The notes under the pieces: model-generated | The model's input: the letters and a program-made list of their open reading frames with translations, nothing else | The model's database searches: none | What the model was told of the DNA's origin: nothing | Program-made: the position numbers and the translations under genes | Shown here: positions 54,701 to 64,000 of the stretch, piece by piece | Numbering within the stretch: position 1 is the stretch's first letter | Layout of the letters: the number at the start of each line of letters is the position of its first letter | Sequence record: OZ196593.1 | Direction: 5' to 3' (one strand) | DNA: 64,000 nt

Positions 54701-55244
54701 AGTTCGAATTGATAACGGTATCGGTCTTTCGTACACGGAAATGACGAGTTTACTCGATGATGATTTGAACAGACAGTACAACGATTTCGGTGAGTTGTTG
54801 ACTAAAGATCATCCGATTTACGGTCAAACTCCGATTGATAACGTGATACATGACAGAATCAACGGTACGCAAGGCGTTACAGTAACAGAGTACAACGATT
54901 ACTGGGCGAATGCACGTGAAATTCTAGTTCGCGAGAATATGGTCGAAGATAATGAACGATATATAGAAACAGACACAGGTGACGTTGACGATGAATTTGG
55001 CGGTAAACAGCGAGTTATTAACCCTGATTACAACCCGATTGCACAAGTTCAAGTTGCAGACGTGAATGGTTCTATTCAATGGGGAATGACCGCGTACGAG
55101 CGTGCTCCAGCATTTATGTTCGATACGTCGTGCGCTTCGCTGTCAATCAGTGACATGTACGCAGATGATGAGAATCGTCTGAAAGACAATGTTGGTAACC
55201 CATACGATCCGACTGAGCCGACTCAGAAATTTATAGGTGAATAA
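51750..55244 (+). CDS. 7: baseplate wedge initiator
   Basis: 1164 aa; Y.TKG...SY.FLFKLLYNE.V, FVHPIGF; RLKDNVGNP. Confidence 0.88.
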   Translation: MSNLQAPPIMGVYIDKLTRNYVDLRWDGVGENFRYEIQVRSAGSADHVLTETYQPLYPNPYTGETSLFAQINESVRYYQWRIRAVYTNFDPGEWTASDVGYTSDSNDYEIGTQSTFTAAQSFIEERLNNDNDKYLNERNELQATLVRPGYEFDTNMFNVDSAAYWFVTNPGFSANYGEVPNVCQNNMRVIPSVIDDVIYAFERWQEVCKISNNGGQTWQTYRATNSRLGNPVYDCICKQSETFSYLLGYDYLIQGVASSDVDYSHDNGTEYSHASVDLTFDKLDFDLGFGFDVERFKDLAVLPPQVRHKADAFGVDNVMTVVTAGNTYVWHNNRIPTIWEDVVSDLYGERIFETIGTSNNEPVYFESYVVRDDVSRPDFDETTADVCVKKIEYFDDPEVGIDYQDGKMYALVTGEWVHDENGKRISVSDDNEIRGVYRMNRDEIMDGDIVVGYENIEWVRVYGNIEPERDLINERSVISRDTEHLILGHDLTRAYGEEGDPEYDNRQESSGAPGEYHSQPGDHYGTIDDAALVQDNAEVNEAVRMFSKPYYTTHAKPMSQIIATKDGDTWEYKPQDYYGNAHFNWMEREKTRDWKSWSNQIMYYKSDSLFRRDFDNTDAEKWSEVLENGSYKFEAPNLDVFGFNGYCDGAIIHTANDNKVIGYYKFPYRVSITAPIHWSPVRTVITGELTNYIPVLIEEPEADPTKLLDPTLTPLIYKMMPENYLDSDGFYKDFAKSYLDFISKGDGTAYNNVYNLLNSKYPRDEHYEEYLYKMVYERNRILEPEKRDAVVKFFLSRRADFYSTKGIIDSYEFLFKLLYNETVEVEIESLNAFEYAITVASNDVTDDIVGRRIITEGGQADVTYIEREYIDGRRHWKLTLNNLIGEFKAGAEITIVNYDFEATALTGVKGERIDYDSNEYLDRSKTYYVMKLRSEMQLSQYKDDIIRFVHPIGFGFVGITLLTVLVNHGISVDHHETIVDSFRSVRIDNGIGLSYTEMTSLLDDDLNRQYNDFGELLTKDHPIYGQTPIDNVIHDRINGTQGVTVTEYNDYWANAREILVRENMVEDNERYIETDTGDVDDEFGGKQRVINPDYNPIAQVQVADVNGSIQWGMTAYERAPAFMFDTSCASLSISDMYADDENRLKDNVGNPYDPTEPTQKFIGE

Positions 55245-56268
55245 AGTGGCAAAAATTTACAGATCTACAATCACAACTGAATATCGAGTGAACAACTTGA
55301 TGAACTTCTACGATAGCGTCGGTGACGGCGCTGACGAGAATTCAATATATCTCATGTTCGGTCGAAATGAGTCATGGTCAGACCGCGAAGATGAAATAAA
55401 CTTCGCGCCACCTTACCCGAACGATACAACAGACGGCAAAGCTGACGTTTGGGCTCGTTCGCTTGGTATGATCAAGATTCCAAAGTCGCAGCTACGACCA
55501 GTATTGCCGCGCAAAGATTGGGGCGACCCGAATCTAAACAATTCACTGAAATTCACTTTCGGTGACATTGTTACAGTAAACACAATCACGCTGAACGCGC
55601 ACCCGAGTGCATTGAACGGCTACATGGTTTATCGATGCATTGATATCCCAGAAACAGACGCGAATAACTCAAACATTCGCGGTACATGTTCAGTGCCTAC
55701 AATCACGAACAAAAGCGACTGTGTAGCAGTTGGCGGTACATGGGATGCACCGAGTTCACCGGGTAACCAAGAGAACATTCCTCATGGTACAGGTAACGCG
55801 ATTGACACAGGTGATGGCTATGTGTGGGAATACATGTACACGATTCCACCGTCAGAAGTTCTAACAAGTGTTTCGCGTGAATACATCGTATGTCCGTTCC
55901 CCGACGAAGTGATCGAAGATCGCGAAGCGTGGGGATTAGATCAGAACATCATTTTCAATGAAAATTACGATGAGACGATCTTCAGCATCGGTGCAGTTAA
56001 CTTACGATTCAGAGCTAAATTAGCAGGCAGTGATTTCATTCACTTGTTCGGGCCCAACAACAACGGTTATCGTCAGATTACACTTGTTCAGAACCCATTG
56101 CTAGTGCGTGAAGATGGCGCAACTGAAGACATCAAAGCAACTGAATTGCTGTACAACCCTCACGAAATTCAAGAGGGTACAGGTCAGATTATCTATATGG
56201 AAAATCGACAGCCAATTCGCAAGACGTTAGACCAAGTAGAAGAGTTCAACCTGATCTATACATTCTAA
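55237..56268 (+). CDS. 8: baseplate wedge subunit
   Basis: YL.FGR...W, PRKDW, GDGYVWEYMY, YMENR.PI. Confidence 0.92.
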   Translation: MNKVAKIYRSTITTEYRVNNLMNFYDSVGDGADENSIYLMFGRNESWSDREDEINFAPPYPNDTTDGKADVWARSLGMIKIPKSQLRPVLPRKDWGDPNLNNSLKFTFGDIVTVNTITLNAHPSALNGYMVYRCIDIPETDANNSNIRGTCSVPTITNKSDCVAVGGTWDAPSSPGNQENIPHGTGNAIDTGDGYVWEYMYTIPPSEVLTSVSREYIVCPFPDEVIEDREAWGLDQNIIFNENYDETIFSIGAVNLRFRAKLAGSDFIHLFGPNNNGYRQITLVQNPLLVREDGATEDIKATELLYNPHEIQEGTGQIIYMENRQPIRKTLDQVEEFNLIYTF

Positions 56269-56322
56269 TAAATATATAAAACATACATCGGGCTTGATGT
56301 CAAGCCCTTTATGGAGATTAAA

Positions 56323-57279
56323 ATGGGAAGAAGTAGACTAGAAACTGGTACTGCGGGTTCAGTTGGTACAGGTGATACGATTCACAACGGTGGTAATAAA
56401 CTGCGCGATAACTCAGACGAGTTTTATCACATTAACGCTGACTTCGAATTAACCGAAGCAGGCGAACCGTATATTCCAGCCGTGAATGATTCAGCACCGC
56501 GTCCACATGCCGGTGGCTACTGGCAGAGAATTCCACCAAGCACAACCGCGGGTGGTTCAGGTGGCCCGAATGCTGCAAACTTGCTTACATCTATTGTAAC
56601 AGGCGGCAAGTACGATGTCGATACATCATCACTAGGTGGCGGCGCAGTAATGACGCTAAATCTGCCTAAAATCGGCACGAGTGCAGGTCAAGCAAAACGC
56701 GGTGAGAAAATCGAATTTCAAAACACGACTGCTACGCTAGATACAAATCCAGTCGTACTACGCGCAAGTGCAGGCGATGCGATTGTAGGGGCAAGCGAGA
56801 CGAATGGTGATCAAATTGTTCGTACGAATTATGCTCAGATAACATGCACAGTGATCGATGACGGCACAGGCATTGCAGGAACACCTCAGTGGGGTTTCAA
56901 AATTGAGCCGATTATCGGTGATTTCGGTGCACCAGTTAATGACACGATTTACACGATTCCAGACACAGTGACGCGTTCACTTGCCCTATTCGATGTGCTG
57001 TCATATGCAGCCGTGAAATTGATGGTATATGCTGAAAACAGCGACCCAGCTCAAGGCGGCATCGTTACACGTCGAACAACGTCAGAAATGTTGCTGCTAA
57101 ATAACATTACAAATGCCTATATTGATGAATACTCAGTAATCAATACGGACAGTGATTTCGGTAACTTATTGTCAATCGTTCCACGCGTGGCGGATGGTGT
57201 TGTCTATGTTGACATCACATCGAACGACGACAATGTATCAATGGCTATCAAATCAATCGAAACTATCAGACTATCGTAA
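56323..57279 (+). CDS. 9: baseplate tail-fibre connector
   Basis: GTGDT...GGNKL..N; position between genes 8 and 10. Confidence 0.8.
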   Translation: MGRSRLETGTAGSVGTGDTIHNGGNKLRDNSDEFYHINADFELTEAGEPYIPAVNDSAPRPHAGGYWQRIPPSTTAGGSGGPNAANLLTSIVTGGKYDVDTSSLGGGAVMTLNLPKIGTSAGQAKRGEKIEFQNTTATLDTNPVVLRASAGDAIVGASETNGDQIVRTNYAQITCTVIDDGTGIAGTPQWGFKIEPIIGDFGAPVNDTIYTIPDTVTRSLALFDVLSYAAVKLMVYAENSDPAQGGIVTRRTTSEMLLLNNITNAYIDEYSVINTDSDFGNLLSIVPRVADGVVYVDITSNDDNVSMAIKSIETIRLS

Positions 57280-57288
57280 GGGACAAAA

Positions 57289-59535
57289 ATGAAACAGACG
57301 ATCAACGTCGGGCAAGTTGTCGATGACGGTACAGGTGACTATCTAAGACAAGGTGGCATCAAGACTCGTGACAACTTCAACGAAATTTATAGTCATCTAG
57401 GCGACGGTAGTACACTTTATGCTGCCGGTGCGTGGCGCAAATGGAGATTTGCTGCTACTTACTTGAACGGTGACACTACATACAACGCAGCAAATGCCGA
57501 GAACTATTACGACGAAAACGGCGATGGTCAAGGTCCCGAGCTGCGTGCTGCATTCGGTGAATCGTGGACAGTTGATACTACTCTAGGCGCAGTTGATGTG
57601 TACCTACCGAGTGGTGTCGAAGAAGCAGACTACGGTAAAGCAATTCGCGTGCGTGACGTTAAGGGTACATGGGACAAACATCCCCTAACTGTATACCCTG
57701 ACTCGAAAGACTCAATCAAGCGCGTTGCAAGCAGCACAAACCGCGAACTTGGCACAGGCGCTGAGTTCACAAACGCATATCAAGATTTAGAACTTGTATT
57801 CACGCCACCACGCCACTGGGAATATGTTGCTCAGAAATACGTAAATGGCATGACATTTGGTGATGTACCGAGCGTATTGCGTCGTGCATTGCTATCACGA
57901 CAAGGTCAGCGTGACTTCAACATGACGCTTGAACTATCAGGCGGTGATTACAACGCAACTGCGGTTGAGATTTATCGTCGTGGTAACTTGATGTACTACG
58001 GGAACGAACTGAATGACTTTTCAGATTACGGCTCAATCCCGCTACACACAGTCGAAAGCTGGGAAGCTTCGCGTGCAGAACCATACTACGTAGGCGATTT
58101 AGTTCGTGGTGACGTTGCAGGTTCACGTGATGACCGCATTTGGCAGTGTATAGAAGATCACAACTCAATCGGTACATGGGACTCGACTAAGTGGTCTGAA
58201 TTCAGCGACTTCCCTGACTATGAAGAGCACGAGGGTTCGACTGAATACACAGCATCGACCGTTGTAACTCAAGGTCATGACGGATTCATGCAGACGTTCG
58301 AGTGTCTAATCACGCATACTTCTGCGGCTGGTTATACTGATCTAACGGGCGATGACCGTTGGAAGCAGCTTACAAACGATGATCTAGCACCGCTTGACGG
58401 TAAGACAATTCGTTTGCGTCTAGCAGCTAACGCAGGTGACCCAATCGCAATGGTAACATACTTGAGCGACGTGTCAAGCTTCCGTAGCAGCTACATGCTG
58501 AAATCGATTAAACTGATTGATACGAACAACTTTGGTATCGATGAATCACCGGGTTCAGTTGTCCGCAAAGACTTCGTACCGGGAATGACGATTCAACTAG
58601 TTGACTTCGGTCTGCCAAGCTACACGCAGTTTAACACTGAAACGCTTGAATTGCTAGTGAACGGTACTCAATTGACTCGTTCAAATACGGCAGGTCAAGG
58701 TGACTCAGACAATGGCGGTGAGTACGACTTCGATTACAAGAAAGATTCAGAAGGTCTTTGGAATACGCTTGTATTCAGCGAAGCTCTAGCCGATAGCGAT
58801 ATCGTGACAGTTCGTTGGTATGACAATGTAATCGGAACACTATTATCATGGGATGAAGGCGATGACAACTTGCAAGTTCGCACGCGTGAGTTATTCGTTT
58901 CTCGTGATGACTGGGCAGACGTTCGACGTGTTAACAAGATTGCGTATTCAGACACAGACAATCCGAGTGCGGCAGTTTCTGAAGTTCTACCGGACCCTGA
59001 GACATTCGCACCGGGTGGTACACTGACATCATTGATGGAAAGTATCTTCCCTATTGGCTCGATTTACACGAACGCAAATAACCCGAGCAACCCCGCTGAT
59101 TACATGGGCTTCGGTAAATGGGTTCGTTATGCTGAAGGGCGTACAATCGTTGGTTGGAATAGCGAAGATGACGGAAGTTTTCACCGCAACAACAACAATG
59201 AAAATATCGTTCAAGCGGGTGGTACTGGCGGTGCTATTGGTGTGACTCTTACACAAGAGAACATTCCAGAGTTGATAAGTACAACAAACGATGATCACGC
59301 GAACGACTCTAGTCGCGATATTGGTAACATCACAGAGCAATACAGCTTAGTAGCTCGTGCTGCAACGTCTGGTGGTGATATCAACTTGAATGGTTGTTTA
59401 GGTGACCCTGAAAACACGACGCCTTTAGCGTACTACGCTGAAGAGCCAATCAAAGTGAATCATGGTCAAATCGCACAAGCGGTTGATGTAACTCAACCTT
59501 ACATTACTGCATACACTTGGATAAGGACTGCATAA
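57289..59535 (+). CDS. 10: baseplate wedge subunit / tail pin
   Basis: MKQTINVGQVVDDGTGDYLRQGG; FPIGSIYTNA..P.NP..YMGFG; QPYIT.Y.W.R. Confidence 0.92.
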   Translation: MKQTINVGQVVDDGTGDYLRQGGIKTRDNFNEIYSHLGDGSTLYAAGAWRKWRFAATYLNGDTTYNAANAENYYDENGDGQGPELRAAFGESWTVDTTLGAVDVYLPSGVEEADYGKAIRVRDVKGTWDKHPLTVYPDSKDSIKRVASSTNRELGTGAEFTNAYQDLELVFTPPRHWEYVAQKYVNGMTFGDVPSVLRRALLSRQGQRDFNMTLELSGGDYNATAVEIYRRGNLMYYGNELNDFSDYGSIPLHTVESWEASRAEPYYVGDLVRGDVAGSRDDRIWQCIEDHNSIGTWDSTKWSEFSDFPDYEEHEGSTEYTASTVVTQGHDGFMQTFECLITHTSAAGYTDLTGDDRWKQLTNDDLAPLDGKTIRLRLAANAGDPIAMVTYLSDVSSFRSSYMLKSIKLIDTNNFGIDESPGSVVRKDFVPGMTIQLVDFGLPSYTQFNTETLELLVNGTQLTRSNTAGQGDSDNGGEYDFDYKKDSEGLWNTLVFSEALADSDIVTVRWYDNVIGTLLSWDEGDDNLQVRTRELFVSRDDWADVRRVNKIAYSDTDNPSAAVSEVLPDPETFAPGGTLTSLMESIFPIGSIYTNANNPSNPADYMGFGKWVRYAEGRTIVGWNSEDDGSFHRNNNNENIVQAGGTGGAIGVTLTQENIPELISTTNDDHANDSSRDIGNITEQYSLVARAATSGGDINLNGCLGDPENTTPLAYYAEEPIKVNHGQIAQAVDVTQPYITAYTWIRTA

Positions 59536-60221
59536 TGACAAGTAAAGCAAGACATTCATCAAGAGTATGGACGAACGATTCTCGCAAGAAGATCTTCGAC
59601 CAAGACTCGATTAGCGACTCTGGGCTTTATCCCGGGGATCGCTTCAACTTTCGAGGCGCTATTTTAGGCGACTCGACAGTTGACGAGATTCAACAAGGTG
59701 CATGGGATCCCAATGTACAATCAGCATTAATGCAGTTAGCAATGGCTGCAATTTTACCGATTGGCTCAGTTCTAATGTCGACCGACGCATCGAACCCGTT
59801 TAACACAAACCAGTTCAATGAAACGATTTCATATACAGGCACGTCGCTGGTCGATAACATCAACTTGTATGGCGTGTCAGTGTCGCTTTCAGTCGGTGAC
59901 TCAGATAACGACATCGCAGAGAAAGTGTTCACTGCGCTTCACGCTTCGCAGCTATTCGATACTGTGCCGACTGATCACGTCGCCCCGTCAAATACATTCT
60001 TGCTGAAGCATCGAAGCTCACGACCGCATAATACTGCGTATACGTCAACGTACGACGATATTCTCGATTCGAACGGTGACACTACGGGTATACAAGCTAA
60101 GAGCGTCGTAACGGGCGCGTCAGACGGCGAGACTAGCTTAGGCTACGGTGAGTGGGAGCTGTATCACACAGATACAACAACATACCCGTCAACAATGTAC
60201 TTTTATAGAAGGATTGGCTAA
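59535..60221 (+). CDS. 11: baseplate wedge subunit / tail pin
   Basis: position between genes 10 and 12; PIG...LG.GEW. Confidence 0.7.
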   Translation: MTSKARHSSRVWTNDSRKKIFDQDSISDSGLYPGDRFNFRGAILGDSTVDEIQQGAWDPNVQSALMQLAMAAILPIGSVLMSTDASNPFNTNQFNETISYTGTSLVDNINLYGVSVSLSVGDSDNDIAEKVFTALHASQLFDTVPTDHVAPSNTFLLKHRSSRPHNTAYTSTYDDILDSNGDTTGIQAKSVVTGASDGETSLGYGEWELYHTDTTTYPSTMYFYRRIG

Positions 60222-61762
60222 TGTCAGGTACAAACATATTCACGCACGTAAGCGACAAAGCGCAATATGTTTACCTACAACCGTTCACATCATCAGGCGC
60301 GGCATTCGAGTCTGGTGGTGATGTTCAGAGTCTTTTAGAACAGATTCATGTGAACGCTCTTGAGCCGTTGCCAACTTTACCGTTCGCGACGACAGATGAG
60401 CAAGGTTCGGTCGAATACTCAACTCAAGCAGAAGCAAATGCTTTAGATGACGTTTTGACCGTATTGACACCGCAATCACTTGATGGTGTCAATACACACG
60501 TTTCTCCGTCTACGACGACTCAGTTAGGTAACTTGCGCGAAGTTCGCACGAGTGATTTGACACGCGTTACCGCGTCGTCAGATGATACAAGATTGATGTC
60601 ATATCGTCGCTTAGATGAAATGACGAGTGTACGAAATGCATTAGCAGATGATGGTGATGTCGAGTCTCAAGGATTCGCTAGGCAATCAACATTAGCCGAA
60701 GCACTAGCATACAACCCGACGAACTTCATTTCGCCTCAAAAGACGTGGAATTTGATCAAGCAAGAGATTCCCAATCCATGGGCACAAGCTTCAGAAACAG
60801 AATCTGGTGTGTTGAGAACTGTGGGTCCACGTGACGCGACGAAATCAGATCGTACGATTGCAATTACAGTAGGTGGCATCGACAGCGTACACGCGACGAC
60901 ATCGAAACGCGGTGCATTTAAGCTGACATCAGACAACTTATTCCGCGATGATTTGACCGCGAACGAGTATGCAATTACACCTGCTACAATCGAGAACATT
61001 CTAGGCACACCAACACAACCGGGTTTCTTCAAACTACCGTCTGCGTTTGTTGACGAAGAATACGATGTAACAAGTGCAGCACGCGGGTTCGAACTAGACT
61101 TGAAATTGGGCCCGGATGGTGGTGTGATTACAGGTACGTTGAATGCTGACAATATCGTGGCTAAAATCACACAGTCAGTTAAGAAAACGACTAGTGGCGG
61201 CGGTACGTATTACGTTGATGAAACTAGCAATCGCGAAGTGTTCCCATCAAATCAACTTGACGCAAAAGTTGGACTCGAAGGGCGACCGATTGGTAGCATA
61301 TTTCACTGCACTCGCAACGTAGACCCAAATACTGTATTTGGTGGCGTGTGGTATCGCGTTCAGGGTGGACGCACGATGGTGGGTGAAGGGACAGGTAATG
61401 ATTACGTAAGAAAGCGTTACTTTAGCCCGGGCACACAAGGTGGTAATCGTCGCGAACGTTTATCAGAAAAACACTTGCCAGTTCACAAGCACGCAGGTTG
61501 GGGTGAAACGTACTCAACTAAGAACAGCGAATGTGTGAAATACGAGACAATACGCAACCCGTATGGCGTTACATATTACTGCAAAGAGTATTCAACAGTT
61601 GATTACTGGAGATTCGGTAAGACTGGCTCTAGAAACAACGTAGGCATGGGTAGTACAGACTCTGATAACTACATGTACTACAATGAACCAGTTGGCGGTA
61701 ACGGATATCACGAAAACATGATGCCGTATTACACAGTTTACATTTGGAGACGAGTTAAATGA
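60221..61762 (+). CDS. 12: short tail fibre (first copy)
   Basis: THVSDKAQYV, gp12-type repeats, C-terminal collar/receptor domain. Confidence 0.75.
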   Translation: MSGTNIFTHVSDKAQYVYLQPFTSSGAAFESGGDVQSLLEQIHVNALEPLPTLPFATTDEQGSVEYSTQAEANALDDVLTVLTPQSLDGVNTHVSPSTTTQLGNLREVRTSDLTRVTASSDDTRLMSYRRLDEMTSVRNALADDGDVESQGFARQSTLAEALAYNPTNFISPQKTWNLIKQEIPNPWAQASETESGVLRTVGPRDATKSDRTIAITVGGIDSVHATTSKRGAFKLTSDNLFRDDLTANEYAITPATIENILGTPTQPGFFKLPSAFVDEEYDVTSAARGFELDLKLGPDGGVITGTLNADNIVAKITQSVKKTTSGGGTYYVDETSNREVFPSNQLDAKVGLEGRPIGSIFHCTRNVDPNTVFGGVWYRVQGGRTMVGEGTGNDYVRKRYFSPGTQGGNRRERLSEKHLPVHKHAGWGETYSTKNSECVKYETIRNPYGVTYYCKEYSTVDYWRFGKTGSRNNVGMGSTDSDNYMYYNEPVGGNGYHENMMPYYTVYIWRRVK

Positions 61763-63189
61763 CACAAAAAGGCACTCAGATTTTCGACCACGTACTAGAC
61801 GACGCAGGTACGGTAACCGTTGAAGTTGATGGAACGGCATTTGAGGGTAGAACAGGCGGAAATGATGATTTACAGACGTGTCTTGAGTTAATTCAAGATC
61901 ACGCTGTGAGCGCAATCCCTGATTACCCGATTGCTAGTACAACTCAAGCAGGTATCACGCAGTTGAGCGATGAAAGTGCAGTTGTTGACGAGACGAATGA
62001 CTCGTCGGCAGTCACTCCATCCGCGCTTAACTACTGGTTTGAAAATCACGCAACAGCAACCGAAGTTCAATACGGATTCGTGAAGCTGATTAGTAACAAC
62101 ACGATTGACACAGTTGAGCCGTCTTCGTCTGTAGAAGAAGCTCAGAAGCACGCGTTTACGCTTCGCTCGTTGAACTATGCTCTTGACACTCGCTTTTATG
62201 CGACTGAAACAGATGCAGGTGCAGTTCGTCTAGCTACGCAAGCGCAAGCAACAACAACTGGTACTCTTTCGACTACGGTAGCAATGACACCGCAACGCGT
62301 TAAGCAAATGCTAGACGTTTGGGCTAATACTACAGCATCAGATGCGAGTGAGTCAACAAAAGGCTTGATTCGTTTAGCGAATGGAACTGAAGTGAACAGC
62401 ACATCGGCTGCGGAGAATGACTTAGCGATTTCACCGTATCGTTTTAACGATAGAACAGCAAGCACTTCGAGAAAAGCGGGTTTCTTTTTAGCAACTCAAG
62501 CAATCGCAGATGCGCGTACGTCAAACGACCACGCTGTTACAGTCGGGACACTTTCGTTATTTGATGCTACATCAAGTCGCGTCGGTGTTGCTAAAGTTGC
62601 AAACAACTTGACGACAAATGATGGCTCTCAAGCACTAAGCGCAGCAATGGGCTTTAAGTTGAACAATGAGAAGATCGGTGAAGCGGGTGGTACAGTTAAC
62701 GGAACATTGAACATTAATAACGTTCAGTCTGTATCAGGCGTTCAGTTGATGCAAAATGGCTTGATAACATCACGTGCTATGTTGAATATGTACCCAGTCG
62801 GTGCAGTTTACATGAGCTTAGAAAACACATCACCTGCTACGCTATTTGGTGGTGGTTGGTCACGTATTGCACAAGGTCGTGTACTTGTTTCTGAAGGCAC
62901 GTACGATGGTCGCACATTCAACGTGAGATCACAAGGCGGCGAGTATGCAGTTACACTAACCGAAAGCACTATGCCAACGCATAAACACGCAGGTTGGGGT
63001 GAAGCATACGACAACAGTCGAAACGGTATCGGGTTTGGTATTGCTAAAGAATACGGTAAAAATAACCCAGGTTCGAAAAGTACCGATTACGATAACTACT
63101 TGTATTACTCAGAACCACGTGGTGGTAGTGAAGCTCACCCGAACATTCAGCCGTATTACACGGTTTATATGTGGGAACGAACTTCTTAA
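61759..63189 (+). CDS. short tail fibre (second paralogue)
   Basis: ASTTQAGITQL, ATE...G.V repeats; C-terminus homologous to the first copy. Confidence 0.8.
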   Translation: MTQKGTQIFDHVLDDAGTVTVEVDGTAFEGRTGGNDDLQTCLELIQDHAVSAIPDYPIASTTQAGITQLSDESAVVDETNDSSAVTPSALNYWFENHATATEVQYGFVKLISNNTIDTVEPSSSVEEAQKHAFTLRSLNYALDTRFYATETDAGAVRLATQAQATTTGTLSTTVAMTPQRVKQMLDVWANTTASDASESTKGLIRLANGTEVNSTSAAENDLAISPYRFNDRTASTSRKAGFFLATQAIADARTSNDHAVTVGTLSLFDATSSRVGVAKVANNLTTNDGSQALSAAMGFKLNNEKIGEAGGTVNGTLNINNVQSVSGVQLMQNGLITSRAMLNMYPVGAVYMSLENTSPATLFGGGWSRIAQGRVLVSEGTYDGRTFNVRSQGGEYAVTLTESTMPTHKHAGWGEAYDNSRNGIGFGIAKEYGKNNPGSKSTDYDNYLYYSEPRGGSEAHPNIQPYYTVYMWERTS

Positions 63190-63297
63190 AGACAAGCATA
63201 GTATACATTGAAAGTCAATGAAATTAAACGGGTGAGACAAGTTCTTGCCCGTTTTTGTATCTGAAGAATCCAGAGCGAAGCGAAAGAATGGACGAGG

Positions 63298-63355
63298 CGG
63301 AAAAATTCCGCATCATCTTAGTAGTATTAGTGATCTTCGAGATATTCGAGATATT
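63298..63355. repeat. 58-bp intergenic repeat, copy B
   Basis: inverted copy of 37340-37397. Confidence 0.9.
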
Positions 63356-63495
63356 CATGTTATTAGTATAAATACCTTGTTTAACTCATTTCGCTTGACT
63401 GCTAAAATAGACGCATAAAGACAATCCCTCCTTGATCCTTTGTATTGCTATAAATAGTAGTAAGCTATGTTCATTTACAATACAAGGGAACAAAC

Positions 63496-64000
63496 ATGAC
63501 AATTCAAAAGCCTATCATTGAAGAGCTTAGATATGTAAATGGTCAACCAGATCCATCACTTCGTCCCGACCAAACTCGAATCAATTGGGCGAAAAACGGT
63601 GAAAGCATTCTTGGTGCTACTGGTGACACGACTTCTGACGGCGTACTTAACCGTGCTCCCGTGCAGATTCAAGAAAACATTCTGAACTCTCACAACAACA
63701 CTAAAGCACAGCAAGAAACAATCGGTCAGCTTGTTGATACTGTAAACGAACTAACAGGTGGCGAAGATGCTGACTTGGGTTCGCGTATGACAACTGCGGA
63801 ACATGATATTCAAGTTCTTGATACTGAAGTCAACAATCTACAAGCAGATGTTGGCGCGGCATCAACTGAGACTGCTCTTGCTACTGGTCTACATCTAACA
63901 ACTGAAAATATTGTTGATGACATTGGTGTTCGTAATCCGCAAGATATCCCGAATGACGTTGAGAATAACGATTCTGTACGCAAAGACTTGTACTTCATCA
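63496..64000 (+). CDS. wac: fibritin (neck whiskers), truncated by the window end
   Basis: YVNGQP...RINWAKNGESILGA...G.LNR N-terminus; TATAAATA at about 63450. Confidence 0.85.
   Translation, partial: MTIQKPIIEELRYVNGQPDPSLRPDQTRINWAKNGESILGATGDTTSDGVLNRAPVQIQENILNSHNNTKAQQETIGQLVDTVNELTGGEDADLGSRMTTAEHDIQVLDTEVNNLQADVGAASTETALATGLHLTTENIVDDIGVRNPQDIPNDVENNDSVRKDLYFI

Noticed and set aside
725-63998. The many 60-150 aa ORFs antisense to or nested within long conserved genes (for example 21732..22166, 46354..46815, 60736..61170)
   Set aside because: Shadow ORFs produced by the codon bias of the real genes.
1-64000. CAGCAA or CTGCAA hexamers inside protein-coding genes
   Set aside because: Expected by chance (for example ACA-GCA-A codons); not counted unless intergenic, on the transcribed strand and with a closing helix.

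Overview
A 64-kb segment of a large T4-like (Straboviridae) myovirus genome, most likely a KVP40/nt-1-type Vibrio or marine phage; the host is inferred from gene content. Left arm (+ strand, 1-10.4 kb): NrdC.10-like AAA ATPase, topoisomerase gp52, a freestanding GIY-YIG endonuclease, queE, an ADP-ribosyltransferase-like protein, an M15 peptidase, PhoH and a Tad2-like DUF2829 protein. Next (- strand): four tail-fibre/lectin genes, a YkuK RNase H-like gene, a DUF2828-vWA (Ro60/TROVE-like by inference) gene and small accessory ORFs. From 26.2 to 35.4 kb is a dense - strand RNA cluster with 26 intact tRNAs covering all 20 amino acids and many structured non-tRNA elements. From 35.9 kb to the end is the T4-type module 57B(Acb1)-57A-1-3-29-51-26-54-2-4 / 48-53-27-5-5.4-25-6-7-8-9-10-11-12-12'-wac. 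The main discovery is one RNA element, a 5-8 bp helix followed by NTD-CWGCAA. It occurs (i) as a hairpin over the RBS and start codon of the DUF2828 gene, (ii) as 38-49 nt insertions in the anticodon stem of otherwise complete tRNAs, (iii) in an exact circular permutation of that chimeric tRNA with YrlA/Y-RNA-like topology, and (iv) as the closing stem of stand-alone ncRNAs. This points to a phage Ro-like protein with its own family of Y-like, tRNA-derived RNAs and autoregulation. All folds were inferred by eye and no database search was run.
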